A stretch of 63,372 nt of DNA, the filler included, from Globobulimina sp. (taxonomy: Eukaryota), in assembly GCA_003354225.1 (NCBI GenBank). It is 33 parts of 33 records of this genome, joined end to end, with 100 filler letters (N's around TTAATTAATTAA, not from the genome) between each part and the next. Parts side by side here need not be neighbours in the genome. Positions count along the whole stretch, not along the records: positions 1 to 1,825 come from PIVH01011503.1; positions 1,926 to 3,750 come from PIVH01011504.1; positions 3,851 to 5,675 come from PIVH01011505.1; positions 5,776 to 7,600 come from PIVH01011506.1; positions 7,701 to 9,525 come from PIVH01011507.1; positions 9,626 to 11,450 come from PIVH01011508.1; positions 11,551 to 13,374 come from PIVH01011509.1; 26 more parts are not named here. One strand, 5' to 3'. The notes beneath the pieces are model-generated. The model was not told the DNA's origin. It searched no databases and worked only from the letters and a program-made list of their open reading frames with translations. Positions 1 through 11,551 of this stretch are shown piece by piece (position 1 is the first letter of the stretch; each line of letters starts with the position of its first letter). The position numbers and the translations under genes were made by a program.

Positions 1-770
1 CCAGCAATTAAGTTATGAGATATTAAATATCTTTGTGTTTCTAAATAATTTATTTTCGCAATTTTTAATTTTTTAGCATAAAGTTTAAATTTAATGCTTT
101 TAATATGCTCAGTTTTTAATGAATAAATATAAAAATGTGAATTCTTTTCATGTGGCAGTGGTTTGATTGGTTTTATCTTATCAAATATAATCAAACTTGA
201 ATCTGACACTGGACACGCTTCTAAATAGGGAATCTGTTCGTGTTTGATATCAAATAATTTTTTAATATCATATGTTTTCGCTTTTTTTTTCATTTTTAAC
301 ACCAATTGGAAAATTTGAGTCATTTTCATCTTCTTTTTATTGTTTGTCGGTGCAACGTGCACTTGCATGGATTGATAATGTGCAGAGAATAATTTGTGTG
401 GATTTAAGAAGATGGAGATGCCGCTATATTGTCTGCAGGGCAATAATTTAATGAATGTGGTCAAATTTTCAGTGCATATGTTCTCTTTTGGTGCAATCCC
501 ATAATAATATGACGATTGATGAGGCGATATGTAATTAAATGATTGTAACTGCGAGGGAATAAATTGATATTTTGTATTGTTTACGATTTGAATGTTTATC
601 TCATTGATTGAGGCACAGTATAAACCAGTTAATATTTGTTGGAATGCTAACCATTCCGTATTGAAATTGCTTTTGTTTTTGCTCTTATTTTTATTATAAA
701 ATACAGCGTGTAATTGAGCGCCAATCGGTGCAATATTTGAATGCAATGACCCACATAATTGCCAATATGC
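1..770 (-). CDS. PIGT: GPI transamidase subunit PIG-T/Gpi16, internal exon (partial; absent from the ORF track)
   Basis: Manual minus-strand translation after the acceptor ttatatatag: APIGAQLHAVF...WLAFQQILTGLYCASIN...APKENICTENLTTFIKLLPCRQYSGI...LNPHKLF...ACPVSDSS, matching the PIG-T motifs APxGAEL, LSGxFCASLN and ExVCTENLTPWxKLLPC. Confidence 0.9.
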
Positions 771-880
771 CTATATATAATTGACTATTGTATTATATAA
801 ATGAGCTAGTCATCCATTTCGTTTCTATTTAACATCATAAACTTGTTTGAAGTGACATCTTAGTAACAACATCTTCATTC

Positions 881-1825
881 ATGGAAATGATAAACTCGCC
901 AACTGCGATGGACATAATGGACTCGAAATCAGGTGGCGATCGCGAAGCCATTTCGTCGGATATATCAATCAAACGTAGACGCACTTATATAGTGACGGGC
1001 GGATCAGGTTTTTTAGGCTCCCACATTGTAGAACATCTATTAAATTGTGATCAAAATGTGATTGTTTTAGACAATAAATCCGCACCAAACGACATCTTAT
1101 GTCAAATTGAACAATCCGCCAAATCAAAATTTATCTTTTGTGACATTACACAGTATAATAATGTGTATCGCGCATTCAATGCATTCAAAAAAGAACGCGA
1201 AACTGAGAAAAGTGACAGTAATAATTATAGCATTGAATGTGTATTTCATTGCGCGGCCTTAACAGATCCATGGGGCCCCTTCGCATTATATGAGAAAGTG
1301 AACGTGATCGGCACCACAAACATAATCCGTGCCTGCATCGAATGCAATATTCGCAAATTGGTCCATACGAGCAGTAGCTGCGTGGTCTTAGACGGCACCG
1401 ATTGCCAAAACGGCGATGAATCAATGAATTATGTGTCAAAGAAAAACCACTTAAATGCCTATTCGTACAGCAAACAGCGCGCAGAAGAAGCCATTTTATT
1501 GGCAAATAACAGGAAATGCCAAAATGAGAAATACAAGTTATTGACATGTGCATTGCGGCCACACTGCGTATTTGGGCCTCGCGATACACATTTTATCTCA
1601 CAAATTATTGAGAAAGCGCGCGACGGCAAAATATCTCATATGATTGGCGAAGGACACAACATCACCGATTTTACCTATGTTGATAATGTGGTTTATGCCC
1701 ATACCGTATGTTGGCTGCAAAGTCACTTTGTGACAATCCGAATTGTGTCAGTGCCGCCGGACAGGTTTACTTTATCACGAATGGAGAACCAACTTTGTTT
1801 TGGTCATTTTTAGGTGCCATCTTAC
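881..1825 (+). CDS. NSDHL: 3-beta-hydroxysteroid dehydrogenase/decarboxylase (NSDHL/ERG26-like), 3' partial, frameshifted at about 1703-1707
   Basis: TGGSGFLG NAD-binding motif, YSYSK (YxxxK), ALRPHCVFGPRD, DFTYVDNV; homology resumes in another frame (MLAAKSL...GQVYFITNGEPTLFWSFL). Confidence 0.85.
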
Positions 1826-1925
1826 NNNNNNNNNNNNNNNNNNNNNNNNNNNNNNNNNNNNNNNNNNNNTTAATTAATTAANNNNNNNNNNNNNNNNNNN
1901 NNNNNNNNNNNNNNNNNNNNNNNNN
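1826..1925. other. Artificial contig linker N44-TTAATTAATTAA-N44 (first of 32, recurring about every 1.92 kb; last at 61451-61550)
   Basis: Identical 100-nt block each time; the 12-mer gives stops in all six frames; flanking contigs are 1825, 1824, 1823 then 1822 bp (length-sorted). Confidence 0.99.
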
Positions 1926-2785
1926 AATTCGATATCTTCGGCGAGTCTCTTTGCTCCCTCTGCGGTGCTACGACCAGGTGCCTCTTCTCCATCCTCTTCT
2001 TCATCCTCTTCTCCATCCGCTTCTCCCTCAGCGATTCGTTGAACTAAACAGATACAAATCATAAATACAATCACAAATACCAAATAGAGGGAAAACATAC
2101 CTGCTTTTTTGACCGTACGCGGTGGAGATAGTAAGTTAAGCCTTCTTTTTTTTGGTGGTGGCGGTGGCGGTGAACTGAGATTTGAATTCGTATTTGGTGG
2201 CGATCTCCATCTGTTGTTATACGTGGTCGTAGTGGTGCCATCACCACCCGTTGGTACGCTTCGTTTGCATCTACCCGGTGGTGAACCAGGTGCTTGTTTG
2301 CGTGGTCCTGGCGGTGAACCGTTATTTAATTTGTTATTATTATTATTGCCATTTGATGATTGTGCGAGACTTGTATTCGTATTTGGTGGCGATCTGTTGC
2401 TGCTCGTATTTGGTGGCGATCTGTTGCTGCCATCACCACCTGTTGGTGCTCTTCGTCTGCCTCTACCCGGTGGTGGGCCTGCTTGTTTGCGTGTGCGTGG
2501 TCGTGGTGGTGAACAGTTATTTTGTTTGTTATTATTATTATTATTATTATTTGTTGATTGTGCGAATTGACCAGTTGTATTATGTCGGGATCTAACTGGA
2601 TGTAGGCGTGATTGCGATCGATGTATATAATGTTTTGATGATCGATGGCTACCATGAAACTCTTGTTGCGATCGATGTCTTGATGATCGTCGGTGTCTTG
2701 ATCGATTGCCACCACTTCGACCACTTCCATGTCGATTGTTGAAAATTGATTCAGATTGATGCGTACGGTAATACCGATCCGACAT
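1926..2785 (-). CDS. Low-complexity R/H/S/N/P-rich hypothetical protein with internal duplication; probable in-frame intron 2044-2100; 3' partial
   Basis: Long ORF; duplicated NNxSPPxP..KQAxGxPPGR..PTGGDG..RSPPNT unit; PPKKRR NLS-like motif; GTATGT...TTTAG 57-nt intron. Confidence 0.6.
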
Positions 2786-3050
2786 TATTTGTTAGCTCGG
2801 TTTTTTGAGAAACACGAAAAGTTTTAATTTTAATTCAGTGGACTAAGATTCAAGCATTCAGAAAAACAAGAGATTCAGTGAACCGGTTCAAGAGATTCAG
2901 TGTGCATCTCGCAATGCGTCTGCTGATGATCCTATTGGCGATGATGAAACGGATCTTGGTTTGTATATTGCTGAACAAAACTAGTCATCGCATATTAAAT
3001 AAAAAACGTTAAATAAAAAAAAACATTACCGAGTGCAAATAATTAAAAAT

Positions 3051-3750
3051 TCACAATTCACATTTACCAAATAAAGCGTCATGTTTTGATTCAATATCAT
3101 GTGCAGTTCTTTTAATAATTTTTCTTTGTTTTTTCATTTTTTTAATATCATCTTTTATCATAGTTTTAATTGTTTGCATATAATCAGCAACAAATTGGAT
3201 ATCGTCATTATTCATAATTAATTCTCCCAAATGTATCGTCATAACATTTCGAGAATCACAATCTTTTAAAGTTGAAATAAATTTGTACGTCAATCTCCCC
3301 TGCAACTTAATTTGATATTTTATAACTTGTTTTACTTGTTGTTGTTTTGCTCCATGCGATCTTTTAATTGCAACGTTTGTTTTAACTCTGTTGTAAAATT
3401 TCATTTTATGTTGTTTTATATATGCTTCCACTGTAAAATCTTCACCTTTAATTGGCATTAATTCTAATATGTGGGGTTTGACAAAATTATTGGTGTTGGT
3501 AGTTAATCGATTTTGGTATTGTGGCACAGATTTTGGTGATGGTGGCACATATATTGGTGTTGGTGGTGCTGGTGGTGTTGGTGGCACATATATTGGTGTT
3601 GGTGGTGTTGGTGGCACATATATTGGTGTTTGTGGTGTTGGTGGCGGTGGCGGTGGTGGAGGTGGTGGCGTTGGTGCTTTGACGTAGTTACGGATTAAAT
3701 TTGATTTACTAATAAGCTTAGTAGTGAAGGTAGGAGACTCTGACATATTG
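3051..3750 (-). CDS. Proline-rich hypothetical protein (PTPIYVPP repeats) with a basic C-terminal region
   Basis: 231-aa ORF with polyproline and three PIYVPP repeats; no family recognised. Confidence 0.55.
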
Positions 3751-3883
3751 NNNNNNNNNNNNNNNNNNNNNNNNNNNNNNNNNNNNNNNNNNNNTTAATT
3801 AATTAANNNNNNNNNNNNNNNNNNNNNNNNNNNNNNNNNNNNNNNNNNNNCTAGCTTCATGCACTATTTTCTTTGAGTAGAGC

Positions 3884-5194
3884 ATGGGCTGCACAGTGTG
3901 CTGTAGTTCATGCTGCACTGAACCTAGTATTCAGACAAATAATATCCATACAAGATATACACCGTTCAATAATCATGGATCAGGAACTCGAGCCCCTGAG
4001 TCAAATCAAGTATCATTCGACGTAACTTCAACTAAATCATCCTTTACATTTACCCCAAGTGTGAAAATCAAAAAAACAAGAAATGGAATGGTTGGATTGC
4101 AGATTACGAATTTATTACAAATCACAAACACGAATCTTTACAATGATTGGAATGAATGGCATTTTGAATTTTGTTATAAATTTATCCATTACAAACACAA
4201 AAACACACAATTGCACCCAGAAAGTAAATGGAAATCGATAACGTTTCCCCCAGACAGAGTTACCCAAAAAGGAACGTTTTACATCAAAATAAAATTATAT
4301 TTGTATGACTATCAAATACATTGCAAAGTACGGGCCAAACACAGCACATTTGATGACTATTTTGCATATTCATCGCTATTGAAAGTGAATATATTATCAT
4401 CATTAATTGAGAGCACCTTTGATGTTGGGGAATATATTAATTTTCTGGAACCACAGAAAATGTATACTCAGGAAGGTTTTGTGGAGAAAATCTTACCAAA
4501 TTCACAGATCCAAATAAAATGTAAAAACAATGACAGAAAACTGGTAACAATTCACAATGATCGCGTATATTCAGCACCAATTTTTTTAGGATTTGTTATA
4601 GATTTAACCGATGGTATTAATGTGGACAAAAACATGTTACTGCGGAATGACAGCGATGATATAGTTTCTGTGTTCGTAGCAATGACTGATATTTATAAAC
4701 AATATGCATTGCAATTATGTGCAAGTGATGCGTTACGAGAATGTGACGCAATGTTTATCGGTAAATTTGTGTCTAAGAATGTGATTGATTTTTTATATTT
4801 GCCGTGCTACAAAGAACCAAAAATTGGATGTTTGGTGCACGAATCGGATGGATGGATATCTATAAAATCGTATATTAACCATTGTTTGAATAGACACCAG
4901 CAAGGCATTGAGAACAATACATCGGATGTAAAGACAGCTAATTTGCAAGAACTATGGTCGTATTGTGATATTTGTTCAATTGAAATAAGTCGCTACGATT
5001 GGATTACAAGTTGCAACATAGAGATACATGATAGTCACGTAATGTGCTTATTTTGTGTGAATAATAAAATAGAACAAAAAGAACAACTATATCTACTGTT
5101 AAATGAGTTATTACAGCAATATTTGTATAATGATTGCATTCAACAACTCGTTGAATTTGTCGTTGGCAGAGTTGTTGCTCACGAGCCAATATAA
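3884..5194 (+). CDS. Hypothetical protein with an FN3-like domain and a C-terminal Cys/His-rich (RING-like) segment
   Basis: 436-aa ORF; YQIHCKVRAK...YS resembles an FN3 end; CDIC...C...H..C..C near the C-terminus; MGCTVCC N-terminus suggests acylation. Confidence 0.6.
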   Translation: MGCTVCCSSCCTEPSIQTNNIHTRYTPFNNHGSGTRAPESNQVSFDVTSTKSSFTFTPSVKIKKTRNGMVGLQITNLLQITNTNLYNDWNEWHFEFCYKFIHYKHKNTQLHPESKWKSITFPPDRVTQKGTFYIKIKLYLYDYQIHCKVRAKHSTFDDYFAYSSLLKVNILSSLIESTFDVGEYINFLEPQKMYTQEGFVEKILPNSQIQIKCKNNDRKLVTIHNDRVYSAPIFLGFVIDLTDGINVDKNMLLRNDSDDIVSVFVAMTDIYKQYALQLCASDALRECDAMFIGKFVSKNVIDFLYLPCYKEPKIGCLVHESDGWISIKSYINHCLNRHQQGIENNTSDVKTANLQELWSYCDICSIEISRYDWITSCNIEIHDSHVMCLFCVNNKIEQKEQLYLLLNELLQQYLYNDCIQQLVEFVVGRVVAHEPI

Positions 5195-5775
5195 TTTAAT
5201 TCTGTGTCATTTATATTTCTAAATGCATTTGTTTTTATGTGTTATATGTTATATATACAACTTTGTGATATTTACTGCCGACTGTTTGCATATACAACTA
5301 ATACAAGCTAGGCCAGAATTATTAGAAACTATTAAACGCCAGCTGCGAAGACGAAATATCACCGCTGATGAAAAAACTTCGCTGCAGGAAGATAAAGCAA
5401 TTTTTGAGCTTGAGATTGCTGAATATAAACAAAGGGCAAAAGATATCAGTAGCATTCTATAGAAGCTGATTGTTTTAAAGCTTGGATGCAGCTATATCAA
5501 AATTATTAGTCTTAAATTGATTAGTGCCATGAATAGAGTAATATTGAGAATCATCATTTCTGCTATCTTAACCAATTTTTGTTATTCTCAATCATTGGGA
5601 CAAGTACTAATCGTTCTAAAATCGTGTCAGGAATATCCTGTCAAAATCATTTCAAAAAAAGGTAAAACGATTAAANNNNNNNNNNNNNNNNNNNNNNNNN
5701 NNNNNNNNNNNNNNNNNNNTTAATTAATTAANNNNNNNNNNNNNNNNNNNNNNNNNNNNNNNNNNNNNNNNNNNN

Positions 5776-6408
5776 ATATATTCCAATTACAGCGCCACTC
5801 CCATATGCTATGTACAATAAATGCTCGGCATTTGATGGTATATTAAATACGAAATGGTTATGTTCAATTAAAAAATATAAAATATTGGTTATTTTCGCTT
5901 GTATGCCGATGCTAAAGTATATGATCGATATTATGAATATTAAAATATGATCAAATCGACCAAATTGTAGCGTTTTTAATGCATCATCGAGAGAGTAGTG
6001 CTGTTTTGTACATGTTATGCTAGTGTCTTTTTTGTGTATTGGTGTGTAACGAACACCCAATTCTTCAGAATCACTATTTCGATCGTCGCGATCGGTTGCA
6101 CTCTGATTCAGAATATGATTATTAGCATGACCATCGAATGAGAAATATGTATCAATTGGATGCTGAGGATCTTTATCAATGGATGGCGTACTTTGTTCAT
6201 GCAAGAAATTGCGATGAATAACTGTCTCATCATCAGCGTCGTTTAACTCACTTTGTTTACTCGTGTCAGATATAATGGAGTTAAAAGAATCAAGTCGTCG
6301 TTTAGAAGATTGTGATTGCATAGAATACGGGATATAAGTCGGTAAACTACTAGCTTTATTTGGCGTTGTTGATTTTAATTTGGAGAACGTTTGGTTAAAA
6401 AATGCCAT
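5776..6408 (-). CDS. SV2/SVOP-like MFS transporter, N-terminal part (3' partial)
   Basis: YSLDDALKTLQFGRFDHILIF matches the SV2/SVOP pre-TM1 motif (DDAL..xGFGRF) and is followed by TM helices. Confidence 0.65.
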
Positions 6409-6778
6409 GGTTCCAAAGAGGGCGAGCTCTGGACTGGACAGTGATGGATGTTGTATTTTATCGTGTTTTTGTTTGTTAGATGTTGTATCTGAATGGTATG
6501 TTTTTGGTGAACAATCTTAATTAAATTTTGGAAAAGGATGAAATGTATACATACAATATTTTGTAAATATTCAAAATTCGGTTTCACACAATGCCAACGG
6601 ACATATTGCTATAATGATTCAAACACAATTCGAAAAAACAAAAATTAAAAAAGATTGTAACATTAAAAAACCAAAAAAAAGCAAAAAAAAAAGCACGAGC
6701 ACGGGGAAGAGGGCACTTAGCTAAACTACTAAACACAAAATGTGTTCAACATATATTATTATATTATGCTACATAGAG

Positions 6779-7598
6779 TTAAATTAATCCATTATGCCTC
6801 AATGCATTGGTAACAACGGCATGTTGTACGTCATCGAACACTTTCTTCACATTATTCTGATCCGTGGCGCAAGTCACGTGGTTATAAATTGATTTTGTGT
6901 CTCTTTTGCTCGATATCTGTTGTTTAAATTTCATAGTGACATATTCCACCGTCTCATCAAAGTAATTTCCCCCTTCATACTCCGGGAAGCATATCGTTAG
7001 CGGCTTCGTTTTGATTTTGTCGGCAAACAAATCCGATTTGTTCAAAAATAATATCATTGAGGCATGGTGGAAATATCTGCTATTTGCGACAATGTTGAAC
7101 AATTCTAACGATTCATCCATTGCATTCAACTCATTCTCTTCATATAAGTTCTGATCGTAACATGACAAACTCGCTACAAATAGTATGCCATGAACGGCGT
7201 CAAAGCAATGGATCCATTTATTCCTCTCCGATCGCTGTCCGCCTACATCGAATATATTGAACACCGAGCCTTTGATCACAAATTTCCTGTCCCTCATTCC
7301 TGCGTATTATTAGTATGCGAATTTGCGTACAGATATAGATTTTAATACAGATTTGTACCGTACCCGTAGTGGGAATGCGTGCGAATAATATATCCTCGGC
7401 AGTGGGGCGGTAAAGGGCAGACCGAATACGATCTAAATCGTCCAAGAAATGCGGCGCAGAGTCCGCAATGCCTAAATTTGTCCTATTTATGTACGCATCT
7501 TTGATAGTTTGGTGCTGCCATAGCTCCTCGATGTCGTCCACGACGGCGCTCAATGGCTGTTCTGGCGATAAATGGGAGACTCTGTTGGCGGATTCTAA
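6779..7598 (-). CDS. Heterotrimeric G-protein alpha subunit (5' partial), intron 7300-7363
   Basis: The spliced join gives RIPTTG-MRD...DVGGQRSERNKWIHCF; also FLNKSDLF (NKxD) and TCATD; 64-nt GT-AG intron. Confidence 0.97.
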
Positions 7599-7700
7599 TA
7601 NNNNNNNNNNNNNNNNNNNNNNNNNNNNNNNNNNNNNNNNNNNNTTAATTAATTAANNNNNNNNNNNNNNNNNNNNNNNNNNNNNNNNNNNNNNNNNNNN

Positions 7701-7938
7701 AGGTACTTTTTTGATCGGTAATGTCTAAATTACTGCGTTTTTTTTGGTATATTGATATATTGCTTTCTTCATCGTTGATAATCGGCGCAGTGAATGTAGA
7801 TTCATCATAATAACGCTCATCAACAATATTATAGATGACAATGCAGATGATGACAATTGTAAGAGTACAGAGACTGGTGAGGCCATGTGATGTCTGAACA
7901 AAAAAATCCAAACCAAAGCAAAAACATTCAGCTGTCAT
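7701..7938 (-). CDS. Hypothetical membrane protein, N-terminus (3' partial)
   Basis: ATG-initiated ORF with one hydrophobic helix (LTSLCTLTIVIICIVIY), open to the contig end. Confidence 0.5.
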
Positions 7939-7973
7939 CACCCGGCCAAAGCTTTAAACAAAACCTAACCGAT

Positions 7974-9024
7974 ATGGTACGAACAAGGTACGTATTATTT
8001 AGTGTTTCCAAGTCAATTTAATAATTCCAATGGAATATACTTAAAGGTCTGGCAAAGCAACAACTCAGGAAGAAAGAAATGAGGATCAAGAAGTATGTGA
8101 TTGCATTTGTTGAATCATTTCTTATTTTCAACTTATTCAAATTCATATATCAAGAAAAAGATATCAGCAAGAAAATCACCAATAAAATCTCCCATAAAAT
8201 CACCATTAAAATCGCCATTAAAATCGCCAATAAAATCTCCCATAAAATCACCGAAAAAACCAAGCAAAGCAAGAATAGGATGGCAACGTCAGTTATTGCT
8301 TGATTTATGTTTTTGTAAACCAACCGAAAGAACATTTTCATTTTGGGGATGTTTCGGAGGATTAACTATTTTGGCAGCAGCAGCTTATTCCGTTTATGAT
8401 GCATTAGATGTTTGGAATCCAGATTTTAATTTTCTTCAATTAATATTAGGAATACATTGCTTTGATATTTTAACAAATTTTTGTAATATATTGCTAGGAA
8501 GTGGTCATTTAAACGACGCAATATTTTTTAGTTAAGATATTTTTGTTATACTTGTTTGATTTCAGATATTTGTGAAACAAAAAAAAGCTGAAAGTGCTGT
8601 AAATATTTCTGAAGTATTTCTTTTTTTATTTGCCATCAATAAAACATCAATGTTATTTGTAACTGTATCCGTAATGATTATATTCAACATTTTAGCATTA
8701 AATCTGAAATTTGCGGATAATCAAAAATCATGGGTCCGATTGTTTGTATACGTTGTATTAATCGCTTGCTTTGCGCTTAATTATGAATATGTTATGACCG
8801 ATTTACGAACGCAAGCGTATTTTTCTTTGGTATTTACATCCATATTGTTCGATGTATTTGATTTTCCCGATGAATATTTCGCTGCATTATCAATTCCGGT
8901 GAGTGAAGGCTTTGTAATTTGTGCGAGATCATTAGGCATTTATATGTTGATAACAGCACAGTTATTGTCAGAAAGTGAGTTTACAAGGCTTGAAAGTGTG
9001 ATAAAATCATGGGTCGGAATATAA
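7974..9024 (+). CDS. Multi-pass membrane protein with N-terminal (KSPx)7 repeat; introns 7988-8046, 8093-8154 and an unresolved third intron ending about 8565
   Basis: Splicing yields MVRTRSGKATTQEE...RKSPIKSPIKSPLKSPLKSPIKSPIKSPKK followed by several hydrophobic helices; the third junction needs a 1-nt shift at the A8 run 8579-8586. Confidence 0.65.
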
Positions 9025-9161
9025 GAAGCAACCAACTTTTGCTGATACGACAAATAAAATCAAAGGGTTTATATGCAAGTCTTTCTTTTTTCACCTATTT
9101 AATTCATGTTGTTTTCCTTAAAACTTCGCCTAAAAACTGCAAGTACTTCTACAGCAAATTA

Positions 9162-9525
9162 ATGGCAAACTCCATCTTGGATTTTGAGAAACAAGTCACG
9201 CCATATTACACCAGCTCGCATGAAGAATATCGTCTTCATGTTCGAAAGTTCCGCGAAACCCACTTCGATCCCTATATTGCGAAATGGATAAAGTGCGAAG
9301 GTCATAATAAAGGGATTGAAGGCGTACGCGATTACGTACGCAAACAAGTGGCCTGGGGAGGAATATATTTATTTCCATGGTCGTATGGAACATGGATAGA
9401 CTCAAACGGCGTGGAACAAAAATGGGACCCATTTTATTTAATTGTATTCGCACAGGAAATGAACAAACATGGCTTCGATTTAGGAACACATATAATATCT
9501 ATGGCGATAGGGCCGTTATACAGAT
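9162..9525 (+). CDS. Acyl-CoA dehydrogenase, N-terminal domain (3' partial)
   Basis: PYYTSSHEEYRLHVRKFRE...PY...W and WDPFYLIVFAQEM...MAIGPL match the N-terminal pattern of fungal/protist ACADs. Confidence 0.7.
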
Positions 9526-9625
9526 NNNNNNNNNNNNNNNNNNNNNNNNNNNNNNNNNNNNNNNNNNNNTTAATTAATTAANNNNNNNNNNNNNNNNNNN
9601 NNNNNNNNNNNNNNNNNNNNNNNNN

Positions 9626-10227
9626 ATAATATTGGGTGCGTCAAATCGGCCACTTTATAGAGACAGATTGGTATGTTATTGGAAAACGTTTTGTATTGTT
9701 CAAGATATTCATGTAAAGCAAACAAACCCTAAACCGACTTCAATCACTGCATAATCAACTTTTTGTTTTGCAAAATGATTGAATGATAATATTGTTATTA
9801 ATTCAAAAAATGATAATGATGTTTCTGGTGTTTCATATTGTAATATTTCTTCAATTCCATCACAAAAATCATTTTCCGATATTATTTCATTGTTTATTTG
9901 TATGCGTTCACGAACTGATGATATGTGGGGAGATAATGTCAATCCTGTTTTATATCCACATATTTTTAAAATTGATGAGAGTTTGGCGCATATAGAACCT
10001 TTCCCTTTTTTGGTTTGTTTTTTTTATGTAGAAATTTAAAGAAAATTCATATATTAATATATCTAAACAATACCGTTGGTCCCTCCAACATGAATGCATT
10101 GGTAATTATTGTATGGATTGTTGAATAATTGTGATATTTGGTTAGGTATATCAAGTTTAAACGGCCTGTTTGCGATTGTTTTACGTTCCAACAACTTTTT
10201 TAACGTTTTACGATATCTCATTGACAT
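9626..10227 (-). CDS. folC: Folylpolyglutamate/dihydrofolate synthase (FolC family), 3' partial; introns 10005-10073 and 9653-9727
   Basis: Spliced translation IHVGGTN-GKGS, SPHISSVRERIQIN, FFELIT, VDYAVIEVGLG-GRFDAPN. Confidence 0.95.
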
Positions 10228-10931
10228 TATTATCAAAAGTTTCGATAATTTAGATCCAGGTCCAAGATGTCAAAACTTAAGTGAATGTTTTCTACTTTAA
10301 AAGTTACAATTATATTGTACAAGTAAACCAACTAGTTGGCCAATGAAAAAAAATAAGAAAATAACAAAATGAATTGAAATTAAAATAATTCACATACAAG
10401 AAAATAAGAAAAAAAAATAGACGCATTTAATCATTTATATACTGTCATTTAAATATATTTGTTCAACTTCAAAATCACTCTCTGCATCAGTATTATCATC
10501 TGTATCATCTGTATTTTTAATAGAATGGAACATCAGTTGCTTTCCTTTACAGCCGCAATATGTTACAATAAGTATCATATTTATCACCAATGATATTCCC
10601 ATAATTAATGATATTAAATTGTCTGGAAACGAGCCGTTTGATTTAGCCATCATTCTGTAAAGTGTATCAATTAATTATGCAGAAGATGTCATGTTTTCTT
10701 TCAAGAATGGCACACAAAAAACTTGCAACTGACTGATTTCAGTGATTTGTTGATAAAACGCAAATACAAATTAATACATCTGATCACTATATAAAATTAT
10801 CATACAAAATAAAATAACAGAGACATAATTTCTGCATCAATTCAACAATCAAAAAACATGAACAAAAAATAAAAAAAAAATACAAAACAAGTAAAAACAA
10901 CATTAAAAATAAATTAATGAAAAGATTTTAT

Positions 10932-11450
10932 TCATTTTTTGATTTTATCAATTTGGTTTTGCAAATCAGATAATTTAGATTCCTTCTCGTCATTTGCTAA
11001 TTTTAACTGCATATTTTGTTCAATTAACAATTTAAATTTTTCAAATATTGCACCTTGGTCATTTAGTTGTAGTTCGTTTGTTATATCCTTAATATTTATA
11101 TTTATATCGTTACTCCGCGTATCATAATACTTTATATTTACAATTTTTATTCCAATAAACCATGAAATGGCTGATTTGTTGTCAATGAATCTTGATGGAA
11201 ATGTTTTAAATCCACAGCTTGATTTGCTTTTATTTATCCATTGCGGACTTATAATTTCTTCATATTTATGTTTTCCGCCATAATCACACAACACATCATA
11301 TTCAATTTGAATCGAATCAATATTTATTGGCAATGTGTCCAAATTAAAAAATAACGCACATTTTTGATCTTTAATAGAATATTTACACAAAAATTCTAAA
11401 TGAAATCCGATTTTATTGTACTTATCTAAAGTATATTGATACTGCGCGCA
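10932..11450 (-). CDS. Hypothetical protein, MATH-like beta domain plus C-terminal coiled coil (5' partial)
   Basis: Open to the contig end; LFFNLDTLP..IDSIQIEYDVLC beta pattern; heptad tail. Confidence 0.5.
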   Translation of the reverse strand, partial: CAQYQYTLDKYNKIGFHLEFLCKYSIKDQKCALFFNLDTLPINIDSIQIEYDVLCDYGGKHKYEEIISPQWINKSKSSCGFKTFPSRFIDNKSAISWFIGIKIVNIKYYDTRSNDININIKDITNELQLNDQGAIFEKFKLLIEQNMQLKLANDEKESKLSDLQNQIDKIKK

Positions 11451-11551
11451 NNNNNNNNNNNNNNNNNNNNNNNNNNNNNNNNNNNNNNNNNNNNTTAATT
11501 AATTAANNNNNNNNNNNNNNNNNNNNNNNNNNNNNNNNNNNNNNNNNNNNT

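Noticed and set aside
438-460. Apparent HSLNYC / HSLAYC similarity between contig 1 (minus) and contig 33
   Set aside because: It is out of frame in contig 1, where the real frame is PIG-T (TFIKLLPC); chance match.
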